Source: Blasia pusilla (lineage: Eukaryota). Taken from it: DNA of 64,000 bases. A program made the position numbers and the translations under genes. Of this stretch, positions 30,870-45,270 are shown one piece after another. Each line of letters begins with the position of its first letter. The stretch's first letter is position 1. The DNA lies in NCBI GenBank assembly GCA_050084515.1, contig CM114271.1, forward strand, positions 48,112,001-48,176,000, given 5' to 3'. The notes below the pieces were generated by a model. That model was not told where the DNA came from, searched no databases, and was given only the letters and a program-made list of their open reading frames with translations.

Positions 30870-33445
30870 AAGATTTTTGAAACTTTGCAAGAGAGCTACA
30901 TACACCACGGGGATGAAGTGCACCAACTTTCAGCTCTAGATGAGATACTTTGACAAGATAAAAAATGAAAAGATCCCATTTTGATTGAAGGTTTAATCGC
31001 GTGGGTTCAAAAAATGACTTAAAAATTTTTGAGCTTTTGGTCACAACTCCATTTTTCTTGAAACTTTGCAAAAGAGCTACATCCCTCTTGGGGTTCATGC
31101 CTACCAAATTTTAGATCTAGATGAGATACTTGGACATGATGAAAATTGAAAAGACCTTCTTTTCATTGAAGGTTTAATCGTGCGGGTCCAAAAATGACTT
31201 AGCAACTTTTGAGCTTTTGTTCAAAACTCCATTTTTCTTGAAAATGCAAGAGAGCTATACCTACCTTGGGGATCATGTGTACCAAATTTCAGCTCTAGAT
31301 GAGATACTTGGACACGATGGAAAATGAAAAGATCCCACTTTCATTGAAGGTTTAAGGGCGCGGGTCCAAAAATGATTTAGTAATTTTTTTAGCTTTTAGT
31401 CATAACTCCATTTTGATTGAAACTTTGCAAGAGAGCTACATACACCTTGGGGATCATATGTACCAAATTTCAGCTCTAGATGAGATACTTGGATAGAAAA
31501 TGAAAAGACATTCTTTTCATTGAAGGTTTACGGGCGCAGATCCAAAAATGATTTAGCAATTTTTTAGTTTTTGGTCAAAATTTCATTTTTGCTTGAAACT
31601 TTGCAAGAGAGCTACATAAAACCATGGGGATGAAGTGTACCAAAGTTAAGCTCTAGATGACATACTTGGACAATATGAAAAAAAAAAAAGGACCTAATTT
31701 TCATTGAAGGTTTTATTGTGCGGGTTCAAAAAATGACTTAGCAACTTTTGAGCTTTTGGTCACAACTCCATTCATTTTGCAAGTGAGCCACATTCACCCT
31801 GGAGATCATGTGTATCAAATTCTAGCTCTAGCTAAAATACTTGGAAAAGATGATAAATAAAAAGACCTTGTTTTCATTGAAGGTTTAATTGCACGTCTCC
31901 CAAAAAAATTGACAAAACAATTTTTGAACTTTTGGTCACAACTCCATTTTACTTGAAAATTTGCATGAGATATAAATCCACCTTGGGGATCATGTGTACC
32001 AAATTCTAGCTCTATATGAAATACTTGGACAAAATGAAAAATGGAAAAACCCCATTTTCATTGTAGGTTTAATGGCGCGGGTCAAAAAGTGAAATAACAA
32101 TTTTTGAGCTTTTGGTCACAACTTCATTTTGCTAAAAAATTTCAAGAGAGTTACATACACTTTGGGGATCAAGTGTACCAAATTTCAGATCTATATGACA
32201 TACTTGGACAAGATGAAAAATGAAAAAACCCCATTTTCATGAAGATTTAATGGCGCGTGTCAAAAAGTGAATTAACAATTTTTGAGCTTTTGTTCACGAC
32301 TTCATTTTGCTAGAAAATTTGCAAGAGAGCTACATACACTTTGGGGATCAAGTGTACTAAATTTCAGCTCTAGATGATATACTTTGACAAGATGAAAAAT
32401 GAAAAGACCTTTTTTTCATTAAAGGTTTAATGGCGCGGGGGTCAAAAATGACTTAGCAATTTTTGAGCTTTTGGTCACAAATCTATTTGAAAATATTCAA
32501 GAGAGCTAAATCCCTCTTAGGGATCATATGTACCAAATTTCAGCTCTAGATGAGAAACTTGAACAGGATGGAAAATGAAAAGACCTTCTTTCAATAGAAG
32601 GTTTAGTCACGCGGATCCAAAAATGACTTAGCAAGTTTTTTAACTTTTCTGCATGGCTTAATTTTGCTTGAAAATTTGCAACAAAGCTACATATATCTTG
32701 GGGATCAAGTGTACCAAATTTCAGCTCTAGATGAGATATATGAACATGATGAAAAATGAAAAGACTTTGTTTTCATTGAAGGTTTAATCGAGCGGGTCCA
32801 AAAATGACATAGCAATTTTTGAGCTTTTGGTCAAAACTCCTTTTTGCTTGAAACTTTGTAAGAGAGCTACATAAACCTTGAGGATAAAATTTTCCAAATT
32901 TCAATTCTAGATGAGATACTTAAACGGGATGAAAAATGAAAAGACCTACTTTTCATTGAAGGTTAAATCGCGGGTCCAAAAATGACTTAGCAAGTTTTCA
33001 GCTTTTGGTTACTACTCCATTTTGCTTGAAAATTTGCAAGAAAGCTAAATACACCTTGGGGATCAAGGTACCAAATTGCAGCTCTAGAGGAGATACTTGG
33101 AGAGAATGAAAAATTTAAAGACCTTTTCATTTAAGGTTTAATTGTGCGAGTCCAAAAATGACTTAACAATTTATGAACTTTTGGTCATAACATACACCTT
33201 TGGGATCAAGTGTACAAAATTGGAGCTCTACAAGAGATACTTGGACATGATGAAAAATGAAAAGACATTCTTTTCATTTAAGGTTTAATCGCAAGGGTCA
33301 AAAAATGACTTAGCAATTTATGAACTTTTGTTCACAACTCTATTTTTCTTGAAACTTTGCAAGAGAACTACATAAATCTTGGGGATTAAGTGTACCGAAA
33401 TTCAGCTCAAGTTGGACAAGATGAAAAATGAAAAGACCTTCTTTT
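30870..33445. repeat. Tandem satellite with a ~180-bp monomer, ~14-15 diverged copies
   Basis: Recurring GCTCTAGATGAGATACTTGGAC...AAAATGAAAAGACC...TTTTCATTGAAGGTTTAA...CCAAAAATGACTTAGC at ~175-185 bp spacing. Confidence 0.95.
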
Positions 33446-35039
33446 AAAAATCCATTCTTCACTCTTTAAAAAATTCTATTCCTCAATTAAAATTTATATG
33501 ATACCCTACTCACTTAAATAATAGCATCCTTCCTAAAAAATTTCAGTAATATCTACTCTTTCTCCATTAAAATTAAAATTTCCTTCTTATCAAATATTAA
33601 TTCAGGGAATAAATTATTAAAATTTTATTTTTTGTCTAATTATCCCATTACTCTTATGGTATACCCAAGATAAAATGTTATCATGTAAATTAATGAAAAT
33701 AAGAAATAATTAATACAAATATTATAGTCTATCTTTGAAATTCATTTTCCCTACCCATTTGATATTAGTCAAGGTACAAAATTCAACCATGTTGTTATTT
33801 TGTCTTAATGTACCACATATTTCTCTTACTATATATAGGGTCTCTAGTTATAATATAGATTTCCAAAATAGGAAATAGTTTTTTTTTCAAATTTCAAATT
33901 TAGAATTTAGAATTTTTTTAATGATTAAATCATTCCCCTCGTTCTACTTTTCACTTTAATATAGGCCCATGGGGAAAATTTTCAAAATAGACTTCTACAA
34001 TATTCATTATTTTCTAAAATAATTAATCAGATCTCCTTATCAAGTAGAAGTCAAAAATATTCAAAAATATGCAAAGTTTTTTTAATATAATGAATACAAA
34101 TAATAAAATTTATATCAAAGAAACCTTTCTATCATTGTACCTTCCACCTTACCTAAGGACTTATAACCCTCGAGAAAACTTTGATCCATTTCATGAACTT
34201 ACTTCATGGACAACATTCATAATTGGCTCACATTCACAGTTTTCCGAAGTGAAATATTTTGAAATGTTTTTACAAAAATGGGTGGTGCCCCACAAAACAT
34301 CTGGATTGAGAGGAACCTCATACTTATATACATTACAAAGATATAAATATGAACTCATTCTATCTAATCTGATTTATCATCAAATATATGTTACACCGAT
34401 CCAGATGTCTCACCAACTCTTCCTCGTCTTCTCCTAGCTCTAGTCATGTGCGTTCCCCCTCCACAAGGAATAGTCCTCTCCAACTCAACATCGACTTCGC
34501 CATCATCTGTTTCTTGTGTTGGCTGTGTTGGAAACATCTCCCAATCTCTCTCGAAGAATCCAAAATTTTCCTCCTGCATTCGACGAGGATAATGGTATGT
34601 TCGAGGATACCCCCCTTCCATCCTTTGAGGAATATCTTGCCATAAGAAAGGTGGCAAGATCAATTCGAGTCTCCTCAAAACAATATCATCTATCAATGGA
34701 TTTTGATGTTGAGGCCATTATGAACTTCTTGTGGATTCAATCCCTGAGCAAAGAAGAAGTTTTTCTGCCTCTCGATTGTGGAGATCTATGGCAGTTTCGT
34801 GAATAAGGTCTCCTCAGTCGTACATGTCAATTAAGCGAACCAACCACGCTCGCATAGCCCGATCAATCCTTTGCTGACTTGGAGTTTTTGCGTGAACTAC
34901 CCCATCTATGTTCACTTTGGGGTTGTAATTAGATCAGGGTCTACCATGTCCCAAAGTGAAAGTGAACTTTTCTTGCTTTTGGGTTTGCGTGCGATACGTA
35001 GGAGGTGCATTACTATCAGAAAGATATGTCAAAAGGTGA

Positions 35040-35195
35040 TAGATTCTTCTTGACCAAGCTTGTCTACAAGTTGGACACTTGTGAGATAGTAACATGGTCT
35101 TTTGAAGACAATATGGATGCCAATAACAAGCTTTAATGTTTGTAGCAACCTTCTACGACAATGGGGTTGAAGCATATCATACATTTGGGCCATTT
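35040..35195 (-). pseudogene. Frameshifted RING-finger remnant
   Basis: WPKCMICFNPIVVEGCY, then a frameshift, then CYWHPYCLQKTMLLSHKCPTCRQ. Confidence 0.55.
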
Positions 35196-35769
35196 ATTTG
35201 GTGTGAGGGCCCCTCCTTCAGCTATTGCGATTGCCTTCATCTAGTCAGGCAGATCTTGCTCTTGTGTGCTTGGATTCAGAGGTGTTGGGACCAACATCAA
35301 AGAAGCATAGTTGGTAGCGTTTGGATCCACAACATTGTCCCATGCTGCGTGTAGAGAAAGAGGCCATAACTGCTAGATAGGTTGAAATAAGATCATATCA
35401 ACCTCCTTCATGAGACGACCCTCAAGTAGGATTGTGTCGGGGGTGAGTTCTCCCACGTTACCCCTTGCTCTCTATCACACCGATTCATCCATTTCTTGCT
35501 TTCATCTTGCCATGATGGATTCATATGCCCTCCTCCAATGCTCTGTGTGGTCAACCATTACATCTCTGTGTCTTCTATAGAGGTCATCTCTGGAAATTGA
35601 TTCATTCATGATTCTCTCCATCTCTATCTTAAGTCTGTCATGCTCCTTAGAAAATTATTGGTGCTTCCCCTTCAAAATGTTGATGTGCGCCCCTTCATAA
35701 GTGGCTCCCATGTGTGTTAGATACTTTTGGGACTCTAGTTAGGTGAGTAGAAGGAGCTAGAACAACAAT

Positions 35770-38014
35770 CTGCAATTTAAATGGGATCATTGGTGCTATT
35801 TGGATCAAGATGGTGGCAGCTCACAAATCAGATTGGGATAGGAAATTAGCTTCAGCTGTCCATGTTTACAACACAGCTGAGAAGAGTACCACAGGGAAAA
35901 GTCCCTACTTCTTGGTGTATGGGCAGAACCCTCTCTCGGTAGTAGAGTTGGAGTTGAAGACTGATCATACTCTAGAAGGGCACTTCCAACCTGAAGGTGG
36001 CATAGATAGTAGGTTGGATATGATTGATGCCCTAGAGGAGGAGAGAAAGGCAGCATTAGAGAAGACCAAGGCCATTCATCAACAAAGGAAGATGAGGTTT
36101 GATAACCGAATACAACATGATCCAGTGAAGGAGGGGGACATGGTGCTGATGTATGATAGTCGACCCCAAAAGTTTCCAAGAAAGCCGCACATTTGACTGC
36201 TTGGGCCTTATCAACTGAAGAGCATCCAGGGGAGTAATGAGATCAGGTGAGGAGCATCCAAGGAAGTGATGAGATAAGGTGAGGAGCATCCAAGGAAGTG
36301 ATGAGAGCAGGTGGAGCTGAGGAGCATCCAAGGAAGTGATGAGAGCAGATGGAGCTGAAGAGCATCCAGGGGAGTAATAAGATCAGGTGAGGAGCATCCA
36401 AGGAAGTGATGAGAGCAGGTGGAGCTGAAGAGCATCCAGGGGAGTAATGAGATCAGGTGAGGAGCATCCAAGGAAGTGATGAGATCAGGTGAGGAGCATC
36501 CAAGGAAGTGATGAGAGCAGGTGGAGCTGAAGAGCATCCAGGGGAGTAATGAGATCAGGTGAAGAGCATCCAGGGGAGTAATGAGATCAGGTGAGGAGCA
36601 TCCAAGGAAGTGATGAGAGCAGGTGGAGCTAAAGAGCATCCAGGGGAGTAATGAGATCAGGTGAGGAGCATCCAAGGAAGTGATGAGAGCAGGTGGAGCT
36701 GAAGAGCATCCAAGGGAAGCTCGATCCAGCTTGAGAAGAAGCAAGCATGGGAAGAATGTAAAGGTGGGTCTTACCTTCAAGCATGTCCAAGAGACAAGTC
36801 GAGTCTATGCCATGAATGCTCAAGAGACTTTAGTTAGGACAGGTTCAGAAGTAGATGAGGTAGAAATTTCATGCAGTAGATGCCTTGGAGTAGATGCTTA
36901 GGGGGAGGTAGATTTGTAGGAAGGTAGGAACCCAGAATGCCAGAGAAGCCCAAGGGGGAAGAGGGCTCTCAGCTTCACTTATAAATACTCTGTTGGGTTT
37001 GCTTGAAGGCGGGCATATACATGCTGTTGGCTAGTAGACACTCGATCTCTTGAGCCAAAATAACCAGCAGAGTTATGTGCTCCCAGATCTAGGTAGTGTG
37101 TAGTGTGCTTGAAGGGGGCTGAGATTGAGAAGGTCTCCCATGTACTCGATGATTTTGTGATACACAGAAGGTAGCCCTGTGAAATGAGTTCACTCCATTG
37201 CCCTGTATCTGAGTATGTGCATGATTGAGTGATGAGTTGTGGGGCTTGATGAAGGGAGATTCTTGGAGCTGATTCAACTAATCATTCACAAGTGCAGTGA
37301 GTGGACAAGAGGCTGTACCAGTAGAGGGGAGGCAAGCTTGGGTTCCAAGATTGTGCTCCACCAAGGTGTGCTTGGAAAGCTTGCTGTTCTGCCCACCTAA
37401 GCTTGGCCTTTGACACCAATCACTTACCAGACCTGGACTTCCAGGTCTGGTAAGTGATAAGAGTTAGTGAGTGGAGAGAGAGAGAGGGTCATGCTTGAGC
37501 TCCCCTATAGGTAGAAGACCATGGGCTCAGCCTGTTAAGTCTCCTACTACCTGAACAAGAAGGGAGAACAAAGGATCAGCAAGGTAAGAGGAGAAGAAGA
37601 GGGTGATTGCACTACCTGATCGGTTAGGAGTTGGGTGTACTTTAGAGGATATCCTTGGTACATTCAACTCGTCCAAGGCAGCACATTGGAAGACCTTATG
37701 TTGCCCTGGTCATTCTTGACTGAGATTTCTAAGTAGAGTGTGCTTGTTGGGTTCCACTGGCCACTCCACTCAAAGCACTCAAGAGAAAGGAAGGAGTTTT
37801 GGTTAGTAGGGTGAGGATAGGATTGTGATACTTAAGTGGAGAGAGTTTCTCCAGCCTCTCAAGGTAAAGAGGTGGGGTTTACAGTAGTTAAGGAGTACAT
37901 CTTATAGATCTGATCTTCTGATCTAGCCCTAAGCTCTTACATTGGACCGAACTGGTGGAACTAGCAACATCTTCACCTAGGTTGTGTGCTGGCCATGTAT
38001 TACCTGGTGAGACA
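35770..38014 (+). mobile_element. 3' part of a Ty3/Gypsy element: integrase end, minisatellite, PPT and 3' LTR (36915-38014)
   Basis: DWDRKLASAVHVYNTAEKSTTGKSPYFLVYG and the GPY motif. PPT AGGGGGAGG at ~36900. LTR-like segment runs TGTAGG...GAGACA. Confidence 0.8.
36215..36720. repeat. Compound minisatellite of alternating 32-bp and 38-bp units
   Basis: GAGCATCCAGGGGAGTAATGAGATCAGGTGAG and GAGCATCCAAGGAAGTGATGAGAGCAGGTGGAGCTGAA, ~14-15 units. Confidence 0.93.
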
Positions 38015-39299
38015 GTTGAATTCCGCTTCCAAATCAAAAGTGCGTTAGGAATTTGTTATTAAACTCTCCAATAGTGATAGATGAGACATAACCTCGCTAT
38101 TATCTAGAGCACTCTCCCCACAAAAGGTTATGGGAACAATGCCACCATGTACAAGGCGATCAGAATTCTCTCCAGGCCTTTCAAAGCTCATCTTATGACC
38201 TACAATTAGGTCATTCAGAACATCTCGTATATCCTTAAAATCCTCCACCCCCATCTAGACTTGCCCTTCGTCTTCATTCTCATCATGTATCTCTTTTTCG
38301 GTCGGCCGATTTGTTCTGTGTCCATCCAAGGAAGATAGTATGCCTCTAACGCTTCTTGACAATCCACTTTGCCGGTATTGGCTTGATGACGCTCGTGGTG
38401 ATGAAGTTCCCACTCTTGGTCGTTTTGACTATGGTGATGGGGTTATACTATCTTCAACTTTGGGTCTCTTATCTCTTCTCCAAGACCCATCCTCCACATT
38501 GCCATAGTGAACCTCCATGTCCTTCATCAACTTCGTGACTGTGAGCTTAACAAATACCTTGCTCACTAACTTCCTCTTCTTTGCGGGGAGGTCCTCATAA
38601 TTTGGAAGGCCATTGAATAAGGCCCAATCCTTTTTCCTCTCATTTTCTTCCACTTTCCTTGCAAATTCTCCAATCGCACGCTCCGGTGACTTGAGCCGCG
38701 ACTTCTTCAACTCTGCTTCCATAACTTGTGGGTTAAGGGCTTTATCCATGTGCACCTTCAATTCATGTTCGGTGATGAAAAGTGAGAAAATATTCTTGTT
38801 CACCTTCATATACGTCGATTTTCTCAGTGTATTGTGGGATTCTTCCCTCTTCCGTCACCCTATTTGTCATAAGGAATACGGTCTTCCTGAGATGGGAACT
38901 CCATCTTGTCTTTTACCAACATCCAAAAGTAAAGGGTCATTTAGAAAGGATTCCAATAACAGTGACACGATGACATACAATACGTGCATGGATCAACCAA
39001 GCTTTTACAAACATTCATAGTCACACATTCACCTTTTTCAATCAAGTCTTCCATTTCTCATGAAAAATATATATTCCTCAAACGGATTTACAATCACCTT
39101 ATCGTAGTTACTGGCCTTAATCCCAAATCTGCATCGTCTACACCTAATATTTTCGCATTTGCTCTAATATATGCAATAAGATACTCTAAGCTTTTGCGAT
39201 CAGAGGGGTTCGGAGCTATTGCCCACTTTCAAATCTTTTCCAAATAAGTAAATCTCACATTTGCATGGGCATCCACAACGAGGTTGTATGTCACATAGT

Positions 39300-39830
39300 T
39301 CAATTTCTTCACAATCATTCCTAGGGCATAGATTTCAGTGGCTATGCTAAAAAGAAGATTCTTAGGCCCTACGGTCAACTCCGGTGCTATGTGCCCAACC
39401 TGGTTTTTTTGTTCATGCTACTACCATCTATGAGGTGACTCTAAGCATTCATCAGCCCACAAAGCATTTCCCCAATCTCAAAACCCCAAAGTATGGGTTT
39501 GAGTTGGATCCAAAATGGATGAAAATGTTCCTAGCATGAAGGTTGGTATGAAGAACTCCACGCTTGTGGACAATCTCTATGGTACCAAGAAGGGCAACCA
39601 ACAAGCTGGATGATATTAGATGTCATCGCGAGGCATCTGATCTTTTCCAACTCTCCTAAACTAGCCCCGCCATTCTTCAAGGTATCGCATGCTTGCAACC
39701 AATTTTCAAGGTGCCCAATATTCCAATATAGATAGATGCAACACAATGGATCCTCGATCAACCTTCCCACCATGTGAACAAAAACTCGATGTAAAATAGT
39801 CACAAGCATCTCCTCACGCATCGTCAATTT
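39300..39830 (-). pseudogene. Degenerate protein-kinase domain
   Basis: VLHTNLHARNIFIHF (catalytic loop), DWG (DFG-like), HIAPEL and SIATEIYALGMI, with frameshifts and stops. Confidence 0.7.
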
Positions 39831-40977
39831 TCTTGAAAAGGTGTTTAGGAATCCAGATGATTCCGAAATACCTTAATACAATAGTAAATATATGCACTAA
39901 AGCCAAGGGTTTGGTTTATTTTACATCGATACACAGTTTTGTGTAAACGTGATCCCATAATATCCTCAGGATCATCTCCTACTACTATGTTCTTGTAAAA
40001 AATCCATGTAACTCCACATGGAACTAATATTGTCTGCCCCCCAAAGAGGTACTATGTCCCTTGAAAGGACCAAGGTTTCACGCGGACTTGTCCGTGCAAG
40101 CTCGGGTACGGGCTCCATGAGCTCGTGGCCCGCACCCGAGCCCGCTCCGGACCGCAAGCCCGCCCCCTGCGACCCCCCCTTTCGGCCTGCATGCGGGATT
40201 GCAAGCCTGCCCGCCGTAGCCCTTCGACCGTCGTCCCCATCGTAGCCCGCCGTCAACAGCCTAATCATTGGCGCCCATGTGCGGGCCCGTATGGAGCCCA
40301 TGTCTCGTGAACCCTGGAGGGACACATGGTGGCCTAGGAGTGGTTGGGCCAAGTTCAAACTTGGCCCCATCCCCCTCCCCTCCTACTAGGAATTTTGGAG
40401 AAATCCCTTGGGTGCCTTTTGGGGATACTTGGATTTTATTTGGGACCAACTTGGATATTTGCGCTCCTTGTTGCATCCTAAGGAAACTCCAATTGACTCC
40501 ACATTAGGTGAGTGTTTGTGAATGTGGAAATCTCTTGTTTCACTTGACTTTTTTGGTGATTTTGAGATTTCCGATTCATAGACCGGTGTTTTGATTTGTT
40601 TCATTGGTTCTCCTTAGCACATTAGGGATGTGGAGGTGATCAATGAACCTTATCTTAACATGCCCATATCTACCTAATCCCTTTGAGTGCCCAACCCTAA
40701 ACATAGACCGACGTTTCATCATTCACGCACCCGTACATTCTAAGCCGTTGTTTTAGCATCTCGCGTGATTATCTTTTCGGTATTTTCTTATCTCAACTCG
40801 TACATTTCTTTCCCTTTTATTTTTAAAAGATTTTCTTATCTTCTTCATCTGAGGGAAATTTCTAGTGGGGCTAGGTCATTGAGAGCGAGAGAGAACCAAA
40901 ACAAGTCCAACGTTGGTGCCAAGAGGCAAAGAGAAAATTCGAGGAATGATTTTAACATGGTCGTAAGAGAGGCATGG

Positions 40978-41120
40978 TGTCTCACCAGGTAATACATGGC
41001 CAGCACACAATCCAGGTGAAAATGTTGCTAGTTCCACCAGTTCGGTCCCATGTAAGAGCTTAGGGCCAGATCAAAAGATCAGATCTACAAGATGTACTCC
41101 TTAACAGCTGTAAACCCCAC
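40978..41120 (-). mobile_element. Inverted fragment of the LTR end at 37872-38014
   Basis: TGTCTCACCAGGTAATACATGGCCAGCACAC...TGTAAACCCCAC is the reverse complement of 37872-38014 with few mismatches. Confidence 0.88.
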
Positions 41121-44100
41121 AGGAGTTCCAAGAAATTGTTCTGGCTGTCACCACGAGGTCCAAGAGTCAGACCGCGGGGACCCCCAAGGCAGGGAAAGGT
41201 GCCTCGTCTTCGCGCGAAGCTAAGGACCCCAAGACAAAAAGTGTCGACGCCTTCCGCGTCGAGAAGGCCATTCTAAAAGGCGATGTTGACCCGGCCTTCG
41301 ATCAAAGTCACCCTAAGTACTTCCATCAAGATATCGAGGACCAAATTTGGGCTCAAGTGCGTCAGGATCAGGGACCAGAAGGGAGGCAGACCACAGAGAA
41401 GACGAGAACCGGAATGACTCCTGCAGTGCAAGCCATCGCGACGTCACCGCTGGTCTTAGAAGCCTACGACTTACTCAGGAACTTGGCGTCAACCCCAGCC
41501 AATATAACCTTGCTGCAATTATTAATGGATAACCCGGTGTACGGCAAAATTTTGCAGCACCGGAAGATAATCCCTAGAAAACCCAAGAAGTCTGCAAAGC
41601 ATCTACTAGTAGTGGATCTGTTCCGTATCGAAGTGGAAGACTTGGGAGCACCAGAGGTAGAGGTGGAGATTGAGGGACACACCACTAAGAAGGTTCCCAT
41701 TGACTCACGAAGTGAAATTAAAATTATGACAGAACAGACAGCTCGGGCACTAGGATATACGGAGTACGAGCCCAGCGATAAGTATCTGCGGTTTGCAGAT
41801 CAGTCCCGAAAGTGAACCCTCAGACAACTCACTCAGATCCCGACCATGCTCGGCAGGGTGCTATTTAAGTTGGACTACTTAGTATTGCAGCCCCTAACAA
41901 CCACTGGCTATCCTTTGCTCATTGGAAGACCCTGACTGTATGGTGCAGGAGTGACTACGGATTGGAAAAGGAGACGTTTCACGTTCCAGGCTCCGGACCA
42001 GGTCTCCAAGCGGCTCATCAAGCTGTCATGGAAATCACGACCACTCCAAGGAGAAATGCCACCGACCAACGAAGGCTATACGTCAGATCAAGAGCAAACT
42101 ACAGCTACTGAGTCCTCGTCCAATGTGTATTATTTAGAATGTTACGAAATAGACGAGGAGTCGATACCTAGCAAACAGAAGTCGAACCGAGAAGAAGAGA
42201 AGCTGGGTCATAGCACATTCCAGTTTACAAAAAGTATGGTTCAAGAAAAAGGACTACATACAGGTCTTAATTACAGGTCAGAAGTCTCTACGCCTCTTGG
42301 CAGATTTGTCTCCCACCGAACTCATGAAGTATAAAAGATTATTGTTTGAGTATTTGGATGTGTTTGCATACTCCATGGATGAAATGACAGGAATTCTAGC
42401 ACAATATTTTGAACACCGAATTGACCTAAAAGAAGGTGCGGTCCCGGTACGAATGAGGCAGTTTCGCCTCAACCCGAAGTACTCGTTGTTAGTCAAGGAT
42501 GAGATCGACCAGCGTCTCGGGGCAGGAATAATTTATCCGGTGTTAAGTAGCGAGTGGATGTCTCCCATTGTGATTGTACCCAAAAAAACAAACGGAAAAA
42601 ATTAGAGTGTGCCAGGATTATTGGAAATTGAATGCGGCCACCTTAAAGGACCATCACCCCCTACCTTTCACTGACAGTATTTTGGACAAAGTTGCCGGCC
42701 ACGAGCGTTATACCTTTCTGGATGGATACTCGGGTTATAACCAGGTATCCATACGAGAAAAAGATCGGCCCCTCACCACTTTCACCACGGACTGGGGAAC
42801 TTTCGCGTATCGCGTGATGCCCTTTGGGTTATGCAATGCCCCAACTACATTCCAACGAATGATGATCTCCATCTTCCAAGAGTATCTGCGGAAGTTTGTT
42901 GAAATTTTCCTGGACGATTTTTGTATCTTCAGTACAGAAGCCGAACACTTGGAAAAATTAGAATTAACCCTTGCTCGTTGTCGTGAAGTGCATTTGTCCC
43001 TTCATCCGGAAAATTCGTATATTGCTATGAAACAGGGATTTTGTTGGGACACAGAGTGTCGGCTCAAGGAATTGAAGTCGACAAGGCCAAGGTGGATATT
43101 ATCGTCGCATTGGAACCACCCACCAATCTCCGAGAATTGAGAGGATTCTTGGGACACGTCAGATATTATCGACGGTTTATTAGAGATTATGCGGTGAAAG
43201 CAGGAGCTCTTACTGCATTACTTAAAAGAGCTACCGAATGGGAGTGGACCCCACCTTGCCAAGCGGCATTTGACGCTTTAAAGGGAGCATTGCAAAAGGC
43301 TCCTGTACTATGGTCCCCCGATTGGACCAAACCCTTCCACGTATATGTGGACACATCCTCGTTTGCCATTGGAGTGGTGCTCAGCCAACTGGATGAAAAC
43401 AAACATGACTTTCTGGTTTACTACGCAGGTCGGCAACTATCTTCAACGGAACAGAAATATACAACTACCGAACGAGAGGCGCTAGGCATGGTCTTCTCGT
43501 GTAAAAAGTTCCGACACTATTCATTAGGGTATGAATTTGTCTTCCATGTCGATCATTTTGCGCTCAGACCATTAATGGTGAAGGTAGACCTGTCTGGTCG
43601 CATTGCGCGATGGATCCTGCTGCTCCAAGAATTCACATTCAATGTCGTTCACCGTGCCGGCAAGGTTCATACCAATGCAGATTTTCTTTCCCGGTTGAGG
43701 ATGACGAACGCGGACCTGGCACAATCCGTCGATGACACCTTTCCCAACGAAGACCTGTTCCAGATCAAGGAGGACCGGTTGTGCCAATCTTTTTATGAGG
43801 ATATTTTGCGTTTTTTAATTACTCTGCGACTTCTCACCCCTATGACAGCGGAGGAACGAGCAGTTTTCTTACATAAGGTAGGACCATATGAGATATGTCA
43901 GGGGATCCTATTCAAATTAGGTGCGGATGAAGAGTATCGGCGATGCTTGGAAGCAGAAGAAATCCCCCACGTCATCAGAGCCATGCATACGGCTGATTCT
44001 GGTGGACACTATGCTGTAAAAAATACCGTTAAGAAAATCTTGGCCGCACGTTACTGGTGGCCAACTATATACAAAGATGTAGGTAACTTTATCCAGAGTT

Positions 44101-45270
44101 GTGATGCCTGTCAAAGAGCAGGTTGACCAACGGCAACCTCGCGGTGGCCTTTGGTACCCATCATGCCCCTAGCTCCTTTTGAAAAATGGGGTATTGACTT
44201 TGTGGACCCTATCTCCCCCGCTACTCGCCAAACACGGCGGAAGAATGTCCTTATAGCCACCGACTATTGTACCAAGATAGTCGAGGCGGTGGCCACGCAA
44301 AAAGATGACAGTGAAGCAGTGGCCAAATTTTTATACAAGATGATTATCACTTGGTATGGCTGCCCATTGGAATTAGTAAGTGATTGTGGCACTCACTTCT
44401 TAAACAAGACTATTGAGTCTCTAACTTCCCACTTTCTCATTAAGCATTGAAAAACCACGCCCTACAACCCTAAAGCCAACGGGTTGACGGAAAAATCTAA
44501 CGGCCTGATCTGCGGATATTGAATCGATTGACACTAACGTATTCATATGATTGGGACATGAAAATCGCCGCGGCATTGTGGGCATACCGAACATCTGAGG
44601 AGGTTACTACAAAGTATACCCCGTTCTTCCTGACTTATGGCGTTCATCCCTTGACACCTATTGAATGGAACCCACTTATTGAGTATTGGAAGGAACGAGA
44701 ACGGAGGCCGTTGGTGAAGTTTTCCAAGGAAGGAATGAGACCTTAGTTGCATTGGAAGAAGCACGCACGTTAGCTTTACGCCAGACAGAACATGTGCAAA
44801 ATGAACTCAAGCAACGTTACGATCGACATCTCCGGCCACAATCTATAAGCGTTGGAGACTTGGTGCTGTTGTACGATAACCGGTGGCTCAAGTTCCCCGG
44901 AAAATTAAAATTAAATTGGATGGGACCCTATCGGGTATTGGCCATCTATGATAACGGATCACTACAGTTGGGGAGCTTGCAAGGAGAATCCCTGCCCACT
45001 CGTGTCAATGGAATGCATGTTCGTCGATATTATGAGCCTCAACCCTACACGGACTGAAAGAGGAGGAAGGGGGTGAGCGACTGCCTCAAGCTTTGCAAAA
45101 GCACGAGGATACTGGGACTTTGCAAAGCGTGATGGATGGGAGCTTTGTAGAAGCGCGAAGCACAAGAGTTCTTGAGCTTTGCAAAGAAGTGAAGCGCCAA
45201 ACTAACTCTTACAGTTCCGGCGCCAACACCAACAGACGCTGGGACTATATAAGCGTCCCTACGGAACCAG

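Noticed and set aside
36056-36823. Repetitive Leu/Ser/Cys-rich ORFs
   Set aside because: These are read-through of the 32/38-bp minisatellite.
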